Part shown: piece after piece, positions 61,748 through 64,000 of the stretch | How positions within the stretch are numbered: position 1 is the first letter of the stretch | Layout of the letters: each line of letters opens with the position of its first letter | The notes under the pieces: generated by a model | What the model saw: only the letters and a program-made list of their open reading frames with translations | Databases searched by the model: none | Told to the model about the DNA's origin: nothing | From: Mobula hypostoma | Lineage: Eukaryota | Assembly (NCBI RefSeq): GCF_963921235.1 | Contig: NC_086108.1 | Span: 113,896,001 to 113,960,000, forward strand | DNA: 64,000 bases | Reading direction: 5' to 3' | Translations under genes and position numbers: made by a program

Positions 61748-62817
61748 TATCAATCAAGAAAGGAGAGGGTGGTGTCGGAAAAGGACCAGGTAAATTTGAG
61801 GGCAGGCTGGAAGTTGAAGGCAAAGTTGGTGGTCGACGAGCTCAGTGTGAGTACAGGTTCAAGATGTCCCAATGCAGTCTTTGATGTAGTGACAGAAAAG
61901 TTGAGGAGTGATAGGCATTTTGTGTGTGTTGCTCAGTCTAACGAAGGGTCATTGACTAAAATGTTAAATCTGCCTCACATCCTTAACATTCAGGAAAACT
62001 CATCAATGCCTTTAATTTCAGAGAAGGCTGAAGACAGCTGGACTATGCACAACCTTGCTCACGTCATTCTACAGATGCACAGTAGAGAGCATCCCAACAA
62101 GACGCATGGTACAGAAACTGCAATGTGGAAGGCTCTTCAACTGGTAGTCCAAACTGCCCAACACATCGTACGCACCTACCTACTCACTATCAATGATGTA
62201 TATAGAAAGGTGCCACAAAAAGGGCCAGTAACATCATGAAGGATCCTACCCACCCTGCTTTGGACTGTTTGTCCCACTCCCTTCAGGGAGGAGGCTACGT
62301 AGCACCCACTCCAGGACCATCAGCCTCAAAAACAGTTACTTTCCCCAAGCAGTAAGGCTGATCAACACCGGCACCCACCTGTACCACACCCCCAGCCACC
62401 ACTACTTTAACATTTCCTGTCAGTCACCTTATGTACAGACATTCCTGTGCCTGGCTTCACTTTATGGACACACAATAATTCTATGTATATATGCTACCTT
62501 ATGTATTTATATCGATTGTGCTTTTTGTGCTGCATCGGATCCAGAGTAACAATTGTTATGTTCTCCTTTACATTTGTGCACTTGTGCACTAAAAATGACA
62601 TTAAACCATCTTGAATCTCAACTCTGTTTCTCTGCCCATATCTGACTGTATTTTGGGCTTCACTTTGCACTGGTTTTACACTCAACAACTCCAGACATTG
62701 CAGGAATCCAGCCCAGAATCTGCAGGCCGTTACAACAGCTCACTGTACCTTGTAGCACCCATGTGGAGGCATTGCGTATATTTAAAGAGGAAGTTGATAA
62801 GTCCTTGATTAGTAAGG

Positions 62818-63323
62818 TTGTGTTGAAGTGTATGGTTTGGCACAGGAAAGGATAGCATCTCTGGTGAAGGGGCTTGTCATGTTTATCCTGGGGCAGCTTG
62901 CTCAACTTTGGTCCCACCCGGACACTCAGCTCTCACCTCTGGCTCGAAGTAGCTGTTTGTATGTGACAGTGGCCACACCAGGTGAGGGTACCAGTAGACC
63001 TCATACTCCAGTAAGACAGGGACATGCTTGTCCTAGCATGCAAATTCAGCTCTGGCAGTCTGGGCTGATGAGATCAAAAGTGAGGTCCAATTGCTTGAAA
63101 GGAAGTTCTGCAACACTCCAGGGAGAGCGAAGGACATGGTGAGGCATGGAAATAGTCATGGTCATCCACTGCAACCAAGGAAGACCCCAGTTGTGAGAAA
63201 TACTCATACTACTAGACCCAGACTTCAGATGTCATAACTAGAACCGCCCCAATGCTTTTCCACTTTAAAAACACTCCCACACAAAGTTTCCTGTCATCGT
63301 CCCGATACAACGTACAACCAATA
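62818..63323 (+). mobile_element. Unclassified non-coding retroposon-like insertion
   Basis: Interrupts a CR1 tail with AGTAA(A)GG duplicated; shares motif blocks with 48071-48398. Confidence 0.55.
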
Positions 63324-64000
63324 AGTAAAGGTGTCAGAGGATATGGGGAGAAGGAAAGTGATGGGATGACAGGGAAAATAAATAAGCCATGATGGAATGG
63401 CAGAGCAGATTCAGTGGGCTGAACGGCTTAATTCTGCTACCATGTCTTATGTCAAGCCATCATGACCCACAGTGACATGCTCTCTTAGACGGCCATCATC
63501 TGAATCATGCCATCTTCTTGCAGCTACCATTGGGCAGGAGGTATAGAAGCCTTTAGTCCCACATCATTAGGTTCAGGAACAGCTACTTCCCTTCAACCAA
63601 CCAGGAAAATCCTAATTACCGCAATTTAACAACACTATCACTACCTTGTACTAATATATTTTTTTTGGCTCTAATTTTGTTAATTTTTTGTAAAGATTAT
63701 GTGTAATTTACGTTTGTTGTGTGAACACTGCCTGTGATACTGCCACAAGTAAGATTTTCATTGCACCTGTACACATATGTACATGTGACTCCGCTATGGA
63801 TGGTCCCAGGCCCGGCTACGAAAGAACAGTTGGATATGGGTCTAGCGACCCTATCTTGTAAAAACCCGGTGCTAGAGAAACACCAATAAAAGCTCCAAAG
63901 ACCTCATCCCTGGGAGAGGAAGGATCATCATTTAGAAGTTAGATTACACCTAGATAAACTTGAAGAAATGGCCCAGGACAGAGGACTCTGGTGAGCTGCC

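Overview
Eukaryotic, repeat-dominated window from a vertebrate, most likely a cartilaginous fish (inferred from the CR1/HER1-like LINE, V-SINE and Penelope repertoire). Two host genes lie in tandem on the minus strand. Four 3' coding exons of RABGGTB (58530 down to 46747) include a GC-AG intron. About 40 kb further on is the CpG-island first exon of the meiotic gene MSH4 (6863-6611), in the same gene order as human. Most of the rest is nested transposons: CR1, L1, Tx1 and Rex1/Babar LINEs, V-SINEs, hAT and Tc1 MITEs, solo LTRs, and a structurally complete but degenerate Gmr1-like Gypsy element (integrase before RT, SCAN-like gag, tRNA-Pro PBS, 4-bp TSD). The most notable signal is a dense set (about 17 copies, 3 with intact cores) of minimal type I hammerhead ribozyme motifs carried by Penelope-like elements. 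Many of these elements are short fold-back (inverted pseudo-LTR) insertions with 11-17 bp target-site duplications, and one switches strand at the predicted self-cleavage site. No prokaryotic systems are present. Repeat boundaries were read by eye and are approximate unless a TSD or TIR is quoted.
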